Assembly: GCF_000143415.4 (NCBI RefSeq)
Contig: NW_003314326.1
Coordinates: 62,001 to 126,000 of the forward strand
Length of the DNA stretch: 64,000 nucleotides
Direction of reading: 5' to 3'
Source of the DNA: Selaginella moellendorffii
Taxonomy: Eukaryota; Plantae; Lycopodiophyta
Numbering within the stretch: the stretch's first letter is position 1; every line of letters starts with the position of its first letter. This document shows positions 37,391-49,423 of this stretch, piece after piece. Made by a program: the position numbers and the translations under genes. The notes beneath the pieces were generated by a model that saw nothing but the letters and a program-made list of their open reading frames with translations, was not told the origin of the DNA and did not search any database.

Positions 37391-39842
37391 GGCCACATGC
37401 CATTATTCAAACATGCTATTGACACCCACGTGAAATTTCGCATTCACAAAATTGGCATGAGGCCTCATGCCATCTTGATATACACACAGCTGCAGGCAAG
37501 TAAAAACATACATGACAATACGCTAGCCATGAAATTGCAAGGGCCCAAGATGGCATGTGGCCTCATGCCATTTCTAAATGTGGTCCTAAGCCATTCCATG
37601 GTGAACATACCAGGAAGCACAAGTGCTGAATATCAAGAGGAAGCGGTAGCCACACTAAAGACAGTGCCGCTCGCAACACCGCAACTACTCGTAGCGCCGC
37701 TCGCAACACCGCAACTGCTCGTAGCACCGCTCGCACAAACTGCCACTCGCATAAACTACCGCTCGCAATGGCGCTCGCAATGCCGCAACTGCTCGTAGAC
37801 GCATAAACCACAGCTCACAACGCCGCTTACACAAGCAGCGCTCACTGCGCTCAGTGGAACCAAGAACACGGCGCACAAAAATGATAGACCTAGGAATGAG
37901 TTCGAGAATTCAAAAATAACACACGCTTGAACGTCACATCAAATCCTCTGACAAACCAGATCTTATGATTCCTCTGACAAATTTCAAACTGAGTAGCTTC
38001 TAGACTTTGCTGTCGGAGGTTGAACTTTGTCACATCATGTCCTTGCCTCGATCCAGCTGTGCCATGTCAGTGATTCGAACTTTGCCATGCCATGTCAGCG
38101 ATCCGCGCCAAGATTATTCGCCGTGTAAAGGAATAATTATGCTGTGTGTGTATGTCCATTTATGGCAATATAAGGCCATACGCCATTCAAAGAATAATGC
38201 TAGTCGAGCATTTTTTGGTGCATTTTTGGGTTCAAAATTGCATGAGCCCACACGCTATAAAGTTTACCTGTACCAAAAATAGAAACAGCTTTATTTACTT
38301 GGGAATTTAAGTGGTTGAGGCATTTTTAAACTTACAAACACATGCCCTACTTACATTCCTTTGGTTGCTTAAAATTCAAAAATATTATAAACCTTTCTTT
38401 TTGCATTTTCAATGTTTTCAATTATGGTTTTTGATTTTCGCAGGACCAGCCTAGTAATCTATTTGCATCCCGTCATGTTTATAGCTAGCTTTCGTTTGTC
38501 CCCTTCGCTAGCCTAAGATACATCTGCTCGGCATCTGCCTCTTACAACATTTGCCCAGAAAGGGCATCTTTCTTCACGCAGCATTTGCCACATGTTTAGG
38601 GTTTAGGGTTTAGGGTTTAGCAATTCGGTAGCTTGATAAACATGCAAATACAGAACTTGATTCAAAATCCTTTGATATGTCACAATGCCCCTAGAACCAT
38701 AAACACATTTCAATAGAGAGGGTCCTTTCATTTCATAATTCCTTATGTAGATCTTGGTGAAACCAGAGTTAGTGAAGTTGGTTTCTTGTGATCCCGCATC
38801 TGATTGTGATGTCCCTTTGCAGTGTTGATGGAAAGGTCAATGCACACCAAACTGTAGAATCTTGGAGCAAAATAACAGTCGGATCTATGGCAAATGCCCC
38901 TGAAACATTGTAAGGCTTGTGTGGTCTCATGTGGTGTCCGATCAAGGTGCTTCTTTGCAGGGTCATCAAGAAAGACATTGTATACCATTCTGTAATGGTT
39001 GGATCTCCAAAAAACTCAAAAAAATCTCACGCGTGTCAGAATATTCTAGGAATATACTCCTATGTGCCCCTGAAAATGGCATGCGGCCCCACGCCATTGA
39101 AGAGATAACACCAGATGACGCCGAGGATTTTTTGGTGCATTTTTTGGGATTTTTTGTATACCATTCTTTATTTAGCTGAACATCTGGCATTTTTGGAAAT
39201 ACAAGATGCTTTGGAATATCCAATCATGCATGGTATAAATATAGCGAGGGTATTAAATGATATCCCAATCATGATCTTTCTTTTGGATTTCGCGTGCATG
39301 CAGTCCGACGAATGATGACGTTGCGGATTTCTTTTGGATTTCACGTGCATGCATGCGCGCGGTGATCCAGAAATTAATGGTGGCGCCCAAGTCCGAGGAA
39401 TGATGACGTGGCGGGATTACCAACCGTCGTGACATTTCGCGGGTGTGAGGTTAGGTTTTGCATTTTGCTTCGTACTCGTGCTCGCACACTCGCGCTCGCA
39501 TCGCGCTCCCACTCGCGATCACGCTCACATTCGCGCTCATCTACCTTCTCTACAGGTTTCTCGTGTGCATCGGCGTCCACTCGCGCTTGCATCACACTCG
39601 CGCTCGCATCGCGCTCGTGTGCATCGGCGTCCACTTCAAGACACACCCAGTTTGTAACTTCGCCGCCAACTCCGCCGCCCACTCCGCCACCCACACGCAG
39701 CCCACTTGGCGTCCTGGGAGATTTTAGCGCCACTCTCCAACTATAAGTGGTAGAGTAGCCTTGCTGCTACGATCCGCTGCACACACAGTGCACATTCGCC
39801 AGCGAGTCCGGCCTCGATTGTCACGCCTCCATTCGGCTTTAA

Positions 39843-42800
39843 ATGGTAAGTCTTTTAGGCCAAGTAGAAAATGGCATGAGGCCACATGCCATTCAGTAGC
39901 AACATTGGCATGCACCGATTGGGCTCTCGAGTGCAGTCCGGTTACAAATGGCGTGTAGCCTCACGCCATCTTAGGATGCAGCCTCAAGACATCTGATGCA
40001 GTGGTGAATGGCATGTGGCCTCACGTTATTTCCAGCTGCTAGCTTTTCATCTATCAGCTCTAATTGTTGTGCATATCTGAACAGGCGAGGAATTGCGTTC
40101 TTCTTCCAGCCACTGTCAATGTGGATGCAGAGAAGGGGGAGGAGCTCACCAGTTGGACTTTCGGGATGGAAGGCGAGGATCTGAGGCTGTACAACACAGA
40201 TGGTGGGAGAAAAGAATGCATGGGGATCCTCATCCAAGTGAAAGACACTCCATGCAGTTCCATGCAAGAATATGGACTGACACTTGTGGTAGAGACAGCG
40301 TCCGCCTTCAAGATCCACCTTGCACATCCTAGCGGCTTCCCGGAGGGGGGCAGCGGCTATGAGGAATTCCTAGAGGGAGCTAGGGAGAGGTTGTCCAGGA
40401 GGCCCACAATTTCAAAGATGCTGCGGGTCTATGAAGATCATATGGAATCCACGGACCTCACCTACGGCAATGTTCAAAAACTATATTCCAACATTGAGCC
40501 GTTGAGAGTGCCTCCAATTCGCGAAGCGAAGGGGAAGGGGGTCGATCTGGAAACTACCCCGAAGCAGAAAAGGGTGGTCAAGCTCAAGCCGACGTCCGAC
40601 TCTCCTGCTCCAAAAAAGAAGCTACTCGGTGATGCCATTGCCTCGGGTTCGAACACTACACCCACCAAAAAGAAGAGCCGTAAAGAGCAGAAAGAGCAAG
40701 AAGAGGCAGCAAAAATTGTCGCAGATAATAGTACTTGTTACTATTCCAACAAAGTATATACAATCGACGTGAGCCGTATCGACATCCAAAGCAAATACAA
40801 CCACAGGCTAGTATCTGATGAGTGGGTGGAGAAACTGAAGCAGAAGATGCTGGCAAGTCCAGTAACACCCGACATCGCAGACGTGATCCCCTACTACCGA
40901 ACAATGAAGGGCGAGACGAGGTTTCCAGACTTGATCAATAGGAAGGTGTTGGACGATCAGAACATCCGGTTCTATGCCGTCTCCGGGCAGCATTCTAGCT
41001 TGGCGATGCAAGAGATAGTTGTGGATATTATGGTGGGCGAGGAGGTGAAGAAAGTCTTCAAGACAAGAGTTGTCCGCTTGATAAAAGGCAACTCGCCCCT
41101 CCGATCTATCATATACATCTCCCACGCACAGAATGTCAAGCAAGAAACGTGCTACAAATCGGGTCTGCATGAGACATTGGCACGAACACGGAAGCTCTGG
41201 GTTCAACTGAAGAAGCCACAAAAACCAGGACAAGGACGTGCACTAGCAACTAGCGCATGGCAGGTAAGCCTCGTTGCATATGGCATAGCATGTGGCCTCA
41301 CGCCATTTCCATTGCAGGAATTCTCGAGTCTTCTCTCGAAAACACTGCGGGTCAATGACACACTCAGCATCCATAACATTCTACTCGCGACAAAAGTTGT
41401 TTTTGACAAATTGGTAGATGTGCTGAGGAGGTACCATGACGGGGAGTTGCTAAACTCAATGGGTGTGGAGGACGGCCGGAAGCCCAATGATTTAAAGCTC
41501 AACGCCTTGCGTTTCTCGCGGTCTCTAGACGACGACGACCTTCTGACAGTGGCTAATGCTCTTCTATGTGGTGAGGTAGTCTTCAACAAGACCAAAATGA
41601 CTCCCGGCCATATTGTGACATACGAGGACTTGTGCACGACTCTGAGAGCTCATGCGTTATTGAAGGATTGGATCTTCGAGCAAGTGGCCATGGAGAGGGT
41701 GAGCATCGACACCACGCAAGAGATGATGGAAGCATTGGAGTTGTCAAATGAAGACATCGACGAGTACATGAAGGGGGCCCCCAAGTTCATCGATCTGCTG
41801 CGGGATGCCACGAAAAGTAAAGCTGAGAAGTTGGATCAGTATCCAAATTTCATTAAGAGGGATGTCGACCGCCGGCTTTAAAAACAGCTCGACCCCGCAG
41901 CAGAGGCCTATCGAGAACCTTACCGGGTATACGTGAATTCGGATGAGGATCAAAGGTGGAGGAGCATTGTTTCCCGCGGAGATGAGCAGGTCAAGAACAT
42001 CTTTTGTGTGATGGACTTCACAAACGAGGAGATCACTCATGCAGACGAAGTCAGCTCCATCATTGACTTAATGGTGGGACTTGCGGAGGTGGAATCTTCA
42101 GTCCACTATATGATCTACGACTCCGAATCCTATCACAAGTTCTAGAAGGCCTTGAACGAGGTGAAGGCTCGGTTGAAAGGCAAGGAGATGCGGGAGATCC
42201 ATGGGATAATGGCTAAGAAGAAGATACCGACGAATGTCCGCATCTTCACACTCGCCCTTGTTATTGGTCCTACAGTAGAGTGGGACTGGAGTGACTTCCC
42301 AACTTCGTTCAACAAGGCCGATCGAATTGATCTGAGGGAGGTCAATTTACCCGTGCCTGAGGAACTGAAGACGGCTATGGAGCTTTCGAATCCAGAGAAA
42401 GCTCCAGGTGCAGCATGGGAAATGCTCAGCTGGGTCTTAAACGCAATAGCGGGTGGGTCACCTGCTTCCGACTCCAAGGGCAAATGTGTTGTCGAGTACA
42501 ACTGTGGCGGACTATTCTTTCGAGCCGCACTACTCAAGGATGTCCCGTGTGTTGCGGTGACAAACTCCATTGAAGAGGTGACTTCAATGGAGCATATAAT
42601 TACAGTTGCCAAAGAAAAATAGTATCTTCTCTGCGAACCTGGTGAGTACGCACTTTAAGTTTAAATGTTATCTCACAAGCTCTGTATGCAGAAGCGTGGC
42701 CACCCCCAGATGCTGAAACGGCGTTAACAACTACTGTTGAAGATACCCATGTTGGGCCGAGCTCACAACCTGCACAAGGTAAGGTCACGTGAGGCCTCAC

Positions 42801-45462
42801 GCCATTTTGATTATAGATCGTTGTGAATATTCAGACACGAGGACTGAAAAGCGCACTGGTGGCACGTCGAAGAAGGAGAAACAGACAAGCAATCGGAAAA
42901 AAGGAGGTACAAATTATATTTGCAATGGCGTGTGGTCTCATGCCATTCCTTGCAGGAGACACTTCTTCAAAGGCAAAATAGGCAAGCACCAGCCAAGCTC
43001 AAACTGACAGTGGTCATAAAAAGCGAAAGCACGTTGGACAGTCGTCAGGATCAGAGGCGTTTGATTCGAAAAGGAAGAAGGGCAACGAAAAGATGATAGG
43101 TAATTCGTGGTTATGGCGTGTGTGCTCATGCCATTCATTGCAGATCAAGGGCTGAGTGAAAGCAGCCAGTCACCACCTCCTGACTCAGATTCCTATGGCG
43201 GACTCCCCTTCCCCAATCTCAATGGAGAGGTACAATGGATAAGGGATGCTTTTCAAGTCAGGGCCACGTTTTTCTCATCTCGTCGTCTTTGAAGGGTGCA
43301 AGAACGTGCAGAAACCATATTAAGACAGTCGGGTGAGGATATGGTCCTAGGTCACGCACTAAAACAGGCTATGGATGTCTTGTATTTTGAGATGGAGACT
43401 CGGCCAGATGATTTTCCCAAGATGGTCCAGGAAGAACAAGCCATCCAGCCTGAGCAGCCTATGGAAGAAATGCAGAAGGGGGATGAGGAGCCAGAGAAAG
43501 ATAATGAGCAGGAAGAGCAGAAGGACGAAGAGGAGGACAAAGAAGAGGAGGACGAAGAAGAGGAGGACGAAGAGGACTTGGATGGTCCTCACAATGGTGA
43601 CGATCACAATAACGACGACGACGATGATGACGACGACGGCCAGCCTGAGGTGGCCAAAGAGCAGCGGAGGAAGGTCATACAAGACAAACCATCAGGTAAA
43701 TAATAGTACATCCATTCCTAACCTTTTACCATTTCTAACATTGTCCATGTAGATCGCAGAGCAAATGGTAAGTAGAGATTATTCAGTTGAATTTACAAAC
43801 TCTAGCCTTTAGTGTCGAGGAAGGATAGTGCCAAGCAAGGGTCGAAACATATATCCAATCCTTCAGAATCAGCAGTGCGCCCAAGTGATATTGGTCCTAG
43901 TTCCTCAATAGCAGTTGATGGTAAATACAATATAGTCGATTCAATGTGCTAATGAGTTTGTTTTTAGTAGTACGAGAGGATACCATCTCAATCGAAGGGA
44001 GATATTTGGACATGCATATGGATCCGCCAGTGGACTCTACTTGCTTGCAAGAGTCATTAGAGCTGGTGGAGGCTACTATCCATATCAACGCCAAGCAAGC
44101 TGACCACGCTCCACTTGATGCTGCCCATACCACTGAGTCAATCTTGTCCACGTATCCAACTGACGGTGACCAGGCGCCATTGGACCCGCATGAGGCTGCC
44201 CCAGCCACCGAGCCGGTCGTATCCTCATTTCCAAAGGACTCAATGTGTGCCCAATTGTCTGACTACGCGTCATTGGAACCTCCCTACACCGCCCCTGCTG
44301 CCTGTTCGGTCATGTCCACTTTGCCAACGGAGGCACCAGCTGAAATGGCGTGTGATCACACGCCATCGGAACCACCCCATGCCACTGTTGAGCCAGTTGT
44401 ACCAGAATCTACAGCTGAAATGGCATGTGCCCACACACCATCGGATGCGATTGACCCCACATTGCAGAGGAGAGTATTTCCGCCCTTCACGTTTCCTCGA
44501 CCAAAACCCTCTCAACGACCATCGGGAGCACCATTCGCTAATATTGTAGATGGTAAAATTGACTTGTACCATTTTTTATGCTGACGCATTTCATTTCAGA
44601 GTCACGGCGAAGGTACTGTATTGTTTTTGATCTGAACGGTGTCCTTTTCTCCCATGAGCGTGGCTCGTCCTCGAATGTCACTGCACCCTCCAAAGCCTGC
44701 GGTCGCAAGTTGGTCAAAAGAGACAGATTCACATTAATCACACGGGAGAAACTGCGGGATCTAATAATAACTATGCGACACTTAAAACAGAGGGCCGGGT
44801 TCAATTTGCAATTGGGAGTTTGGACATCCATGATGCGCCACAATGCATTAACGTTGCTATAGATGATGCACGATCAGACACGAGTAATATTACCATTTGA
44901 CTTTCTCCTAACGTAGGAGGATTGCTTGACTATGGTCCATGTGAGGGGTAGCAAGCCCATCTTCATCAAGCCAGAGGCTGTAGTGATGAACCGGACTGCT
45001 AGGTCAAGTGAAATCCTCATCATCGATGACTCGCCGATTAAAACTGCAGCGAACATGCACACATATGCAGTGCACCCCATCTCTTGCAGTATGGAAACTA
45101 GGGAGAAGAAACCATATGTTCTAGGGGACCTTGCAAAACGGCTTGGAGCGATGGTGATAGAGAACCGGCCAGTCCAGGAGGTGGCTGCAGAAATCAACCA
45201 AATGGCAGATGGAACGGTATATCAGAAGCCATTTGATCGGACAGACACTAGTCATCATTTATGGCATGTATATTGTCTAGCCAAGCACTATCCGCATCTC
45301 CATAATCTGCTCAACCGGATGGGTTCTTCGACCACTGAACATGAGCGTGGACGTATTAGAGAAGAGATGGCATTACTATTGGGTTTAAATCCTGATAGTG
45401 TGGAGAGTGATGAAATTCCAAGATTATTGTATAGGCGTTGGAGGCAAAAAATAACAGTCTGA
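39843..45462 (+). pseudogene. multi-exon cargo gene: ParB/Srx-like - amino-MTase-like - acidic linker - FCP1/NIF HAD phosphatase
   Basis: Introns 41264-41317, 42642-42691, 42779-42816, 42907-42955, 43100-43143, 43696-43752, 43768-43812, 43921-43967 and 44553-44599 keep one frame (~1650 codons). In-frame stops are compatible with C->T decay. Motifs: NHR..V..L, YAVSGQHS; EK...VVEYNCGG...AALL; VFDLNGVL, GVWTS, IIDDSPIK. 5' exons are uncertain. Confidence 0.72.
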
Positions 45463-45904
45463 GATGGCATGTATTTATTTAAAAATGTAACTTATTATGG
45501 CATGGGGTTCCATGCCATTGTATTAATATTAAAAGACAATTCTTTGAGAGGATTTGCATTATACTAGAAGTGTTACAGCATGTTATTGGAAGTCTACGAA
45601 GTTGTTTTATTAATAAGGGGAAAGTAAAGATTGAATGGGGACTTGGGCTCCACCTAGACTCGGAGCAATTGAGCCAATATTAAAAGGATGGAAAGAAATT
45701 GGACGACGATGACAAGGAGAAGAGAGAGGTGAAGCAGTGGCAGGGGGAGGAAAAGTGATTGAGTAGACATTTCCTTGTTTAAAATAAAATGGCATGTGCC
45801 TCAATGCAGTTGAATTTTGTTATATTTATATACTATATAAAGGTTTGGAAACCTTATTTTACAAGTGGGATAATGACAATTCCCACTTTAACGAAATAAA
45901 GCTT

Positions 45905-48900
45905 CAAATGGAAAGGGTGTATAAGCAGTTGATATTATGTTATGTCTCCAAAGACCAAACTGATTGGGTAAGTCATTTAAAACTTGCGGAAATGTGCTAT
46001 AACAACTCACCACACTCGAATATCGAGGTAAGTCCATGGGAAGTCATCAATGGGCAAGCTATTGAAGGTCCTATGGAATTTGGCATGGCCAAGTATCATG
46101 GAGAGTTACTCGTAGTGGAGGCATTCACAAGGGAAAGACTCAACATTTGGAATCTAATGAGGGATTCCTTAGAACGGGCTTAACAAAGGCAAACTAAGTA
46201 TGTGAACCAGAAGCACGGGATGTAGAGTTCCAACTTGGGGAGAAGGTGTGGTTGAACACCAAGAACCTAAGACTACCAAGCGGGATCAGCCAAAAGCTAA
46301 CCCAAAAGTAAAAATATATGTATTCCTGGAAATGAACTGATCTTGAGTTCCTTAAGTAGGTTCATGGGGCCTTACTGTAAGCCACAAATGTTTCCCTTCC
46401 AATTTGCTAGCTTACCTCATCTATCCGACCAACACTGCCTTGGCTTGTTCTAAGTTCCCTTGCCAAGGTTCTCACCTATTGTACCAGCTCCTACTTGGTC
46501 TTACTTGGTTTCAGCTACTCACTGCATGAGCAACGGAGTGTTAGCCATCCATCTACGGATTCCCAAATCTCTCCCAATCCCCCTCCCCAGGTTAGACTGG
46601 ACTTAAGGTTCGGCTACACTCCCCGCAGGCACAAGCAGCCAAGCACACCAAGCTTCCAGGTTCCTAACACCCCTTGATACAACAAGACTTGATCATGGGA
46701 CTCTCTAAATCCCAAGCTTTGGGTGCAGCACTTGCTTCGGGACGTCGGGGTGAAACACCGTGGCCTAACGGCCCGGTATGGGTACCTCTACCCCCCCACT
46801 TCCATCCCGAAGGGAAGGCCCAAGCCCCTAGAAAGGGCGAGGACCAATGATCTGCAAGGTACTCAAATGGGGCACCAGTCCACATGAGCCGGGAGCATCG
46901 TAGTCGGTTTCCCTTTTGGGAGTGGGAGTTGCTCTTGAACACTTCCCTGGGTGGCCCCTCCGGCACCACCCAAGCCCATGCTCACTCCCACCCAAGCCCC
47001 TTGGCCCCAGTCTCAACCTCAAGTCAGTTTGGAAGCACCACTGAAGAGTTCCTTCAAGACTGATTCCTGGACCTCACTATCCCTACTATACTTTTGGAAC
47101 CCCCTGCAGCCCCCCCCCCCCCCCCCCCTGGGAGACGCACGCTTTGGGCTTTCACCCCTTGATCCGTATTAGTACTCGGACTTAGTCTCTGGCTCGATCT
47201 CGGACTCAATCTTGGATCCGACTTCGGATTCGGTCTCGGACTCGATCTCGGACTCGATCTCGGACCCAATCTCGGACCCGACCTCGGACTCGACCTCGGA
47301 CTCAGTCTCGGACCCAATTTCAGATCTCGGACTCCGAATCGAACTCGGTCTCGAACTCGGTCTTCGAGTCGGTCTCGGACTCGATTCCGGACTCTATCTC
47401 GAACTCGGTCTTAGAGTCGGTCTTGGACTCGATCTTAGACTTGGTCCCATCCGATGAACTCTTTATCATTTTGGTCATGCTTTCGGGGCTCCTTTAGCCT
47501 ACGACACCTCGGCGAGTTGGTTCCTTACACTTATGAGATAGAGGCACAAATTGGTAAGGTGGCTTACTGCCTCCGATTTCCTCGAAAGATTGGGAAGATG
47601 CACCTCGTGTTTCATGTGAATTTACTCAAGCCATACTTTGAGGATTCACTTCACAAGGACCAAGTAAGACCTTTACCTGAGGTTATCCAAGGGGAAGAGG
47701 AATACAAAGTCAAGGCCATCCTCAATGTGTATAAGAGCAAACAACAAAAACGCGAGGTGAGGGAGTTCTTTATGAAGTGGAAAAGATTTCCACACTACGA
47801 AGCAACATGGGAACTGGAAAAGAACCTAGCGAATACACGGGATTTAGTGGAGGAATTTTTGCATGGCAAAACTCTATGTACTTATGCAAAGTTCAATTAA
47901 AGAATCTATTTTGAGAAATTGGGCAATGTCGTATGTTGGGACCCAAATGCATGCCGAAGGTAAGCTAATTAGCATGGGTTAAGCCTGGTCGACCAAGCGT
48001 AGGGAACTACGCCTGACTCCCCGAGGGGATGTTGAATCCATAGTCGTATTCTATGGAGGTTGGGTTCAAGTCCTAACCCTTTAGTAAAGCAAGGCTGGAT
48101 TCAAGTCCCAACCCCATACTAGGGCGTGGTGAAGGGAGGGGTATAGGGACACCTATATTCCATTGTCATGGGCTTTTGGCCAGGGAGGCTAACTTAGGCA
48201 CACCGCTAAGTGGGGGGATGCCCCTGGAAACATGGTCAACAAGTCATAAGATTAAAAAGAGGTGTTTATTGAACTTTTTCTATGGGTGGTGAAGTTATAA
48301 AGAACTAACTCCCTGAGGTGTTTAAGGCTAAAGGATCCTCGAAAGTGCAACCAAAATGATAAAGATTTTATCGAATGAGACTGAGTCCAAGATCGAGTTC
48401 GAGACCAACTCTAAGACCAAGTTCGAGACTGACTTTGAGATCGATTCGAGGCTGACTCCGAGACTGAGTTGAAGACTGAGTCTGAGACTGAGTTTGAGAC
48501 TGAGTTCGAGACCAAGTCCAAGATCTGAGATCGGGTCTGAGACCGAGTCCGAGATCGAGTCCGAGATTGAGTTTGAGGTCAGGCCTGAGATCGAGTCCAA
48601 GGTCGAGTTTGAGGATGCCGGAACAGTGAGCCTCCGAAGAGACTCTTCGTATCTTATCTGAAAAGAAGAAGACGAAGCGAAGATAAGAAAGCGAGGGGGG
48701 AGGGGGCTTCATGGGGTTCCAAAAGTATAGTGAGGTCTAGGAAGTAGTCTTGAAAAAACTCTCCAATGGTGCTTTCAAACTGATTTGAGGTTGAAATTGG
48801 GGTCGAGGGGCCTTGGGTGGGAGTGAGCATGGACTCGAGTGGTGCTGGAGGGGCCACCCAAGGAAGTGGTCAAGAGCAACTCCCACTCCCGGAAAGGAAA

Positions 48901-49423
48901 CTGATTGGAGTGGTCCTGGCTCATATGGAATGGTGCCCCACTTGAGTACCTTGCGGCTCATTGATCCTTGCCCTTCTTAGGGGCTTGGGCCTTCCCTTCT
49001 GGATGGAAGTGGGGGTTAGAGGTACCCATACCGGGTCATTAGGTAATGGTGTTTCCCCCTCATGTCTCGAAGCAAGTGTTGCACCCAAGGCTTGGGATTT
49101 AGAGGGTCCCATGATCAAGTTTTGTTGTACCAAGGGATGTTAGGAACCTGGAGGTTTGGTGTGCTTGGCTGCTTGTGCCTGTGGGGAGTGTAGCTGTACC
49201 TTAAGTCTAGTTTAACCTAGGAAGGGGGATTGGGAGAGATTTAGGAATCCGTGGATGGATGGCTAACATTTCGTTGCTCATGTAGTGAGTAGCTGAAACC
49301 AAGTAGGAGCTAGTGCAATATAAGTGGGAACTTTAGCAAGGGAACTTAACTAAGGCCAAGGTAGTGTTGGTTTGATAGACGAGGTAAATTCACAAATTGG
49401 AAAGAAAAAATTTATAGCTTACA
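45905..49423 (+). mobile_element. chromovirus family A copy 2 (3' half: integrase, chromodomain, 3' LTR 48296-49423)
   Basis: Degenerate homolog of 2815-5215; retains the second intron; interrupted by a solo LTR. Confidence 0.9.
46376..47529 (-). mobile_element. solo LTR, family A
   Basis: TGTAAG...CTTACA; 5-bp TSD CTTAC/CTTAT at the GPY codons. Confidence 0.92.

Larger units (their letters stand above)
33020..45810. repeat. dispersed 22-24 bp palindrome family AATGGCRTGWGGCCWCAYGCCATT (~25 copies per element)
   Basis: Copies start at about 33425, 34025, 34185, 34331, 35673, 35730, 37382, 37452, 37550, 39076, 39871, 39948, 40008, 41285, 42784, 42925, 43113, 44345, 44420, 45498 and 45789, plus weaker ones; mirrored in copy 1. 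Confidence 0.93.
32794..45904 (-). mobile_element. ~13.1-kb TIR DNA transposon (Sola-like DDD transposase) with divergent cargo gene, copy 2
   Basis: TIRs AAGCTCTATTTCGTTAAAGTGG (32794) and CCACTTTAACGAAATAAAGCTT (ends 45904); transposase on -, cargo on +; second copy in the window. Confidence 0.88.

Noticed and set aside
38743-39350. Short ORFs in the spacer between transposase and cargo (mirrored at 8916-9523)
   Set aside because: Shared only because the copies are recent duplicates; no motif or convincing exon chain
33020-45810. Palindrome copies as a CRISPR array
   Set aside because: Spacing is irregular (tens to >1000 nt), there are no cas genes, and the context is eukaryotic with introns
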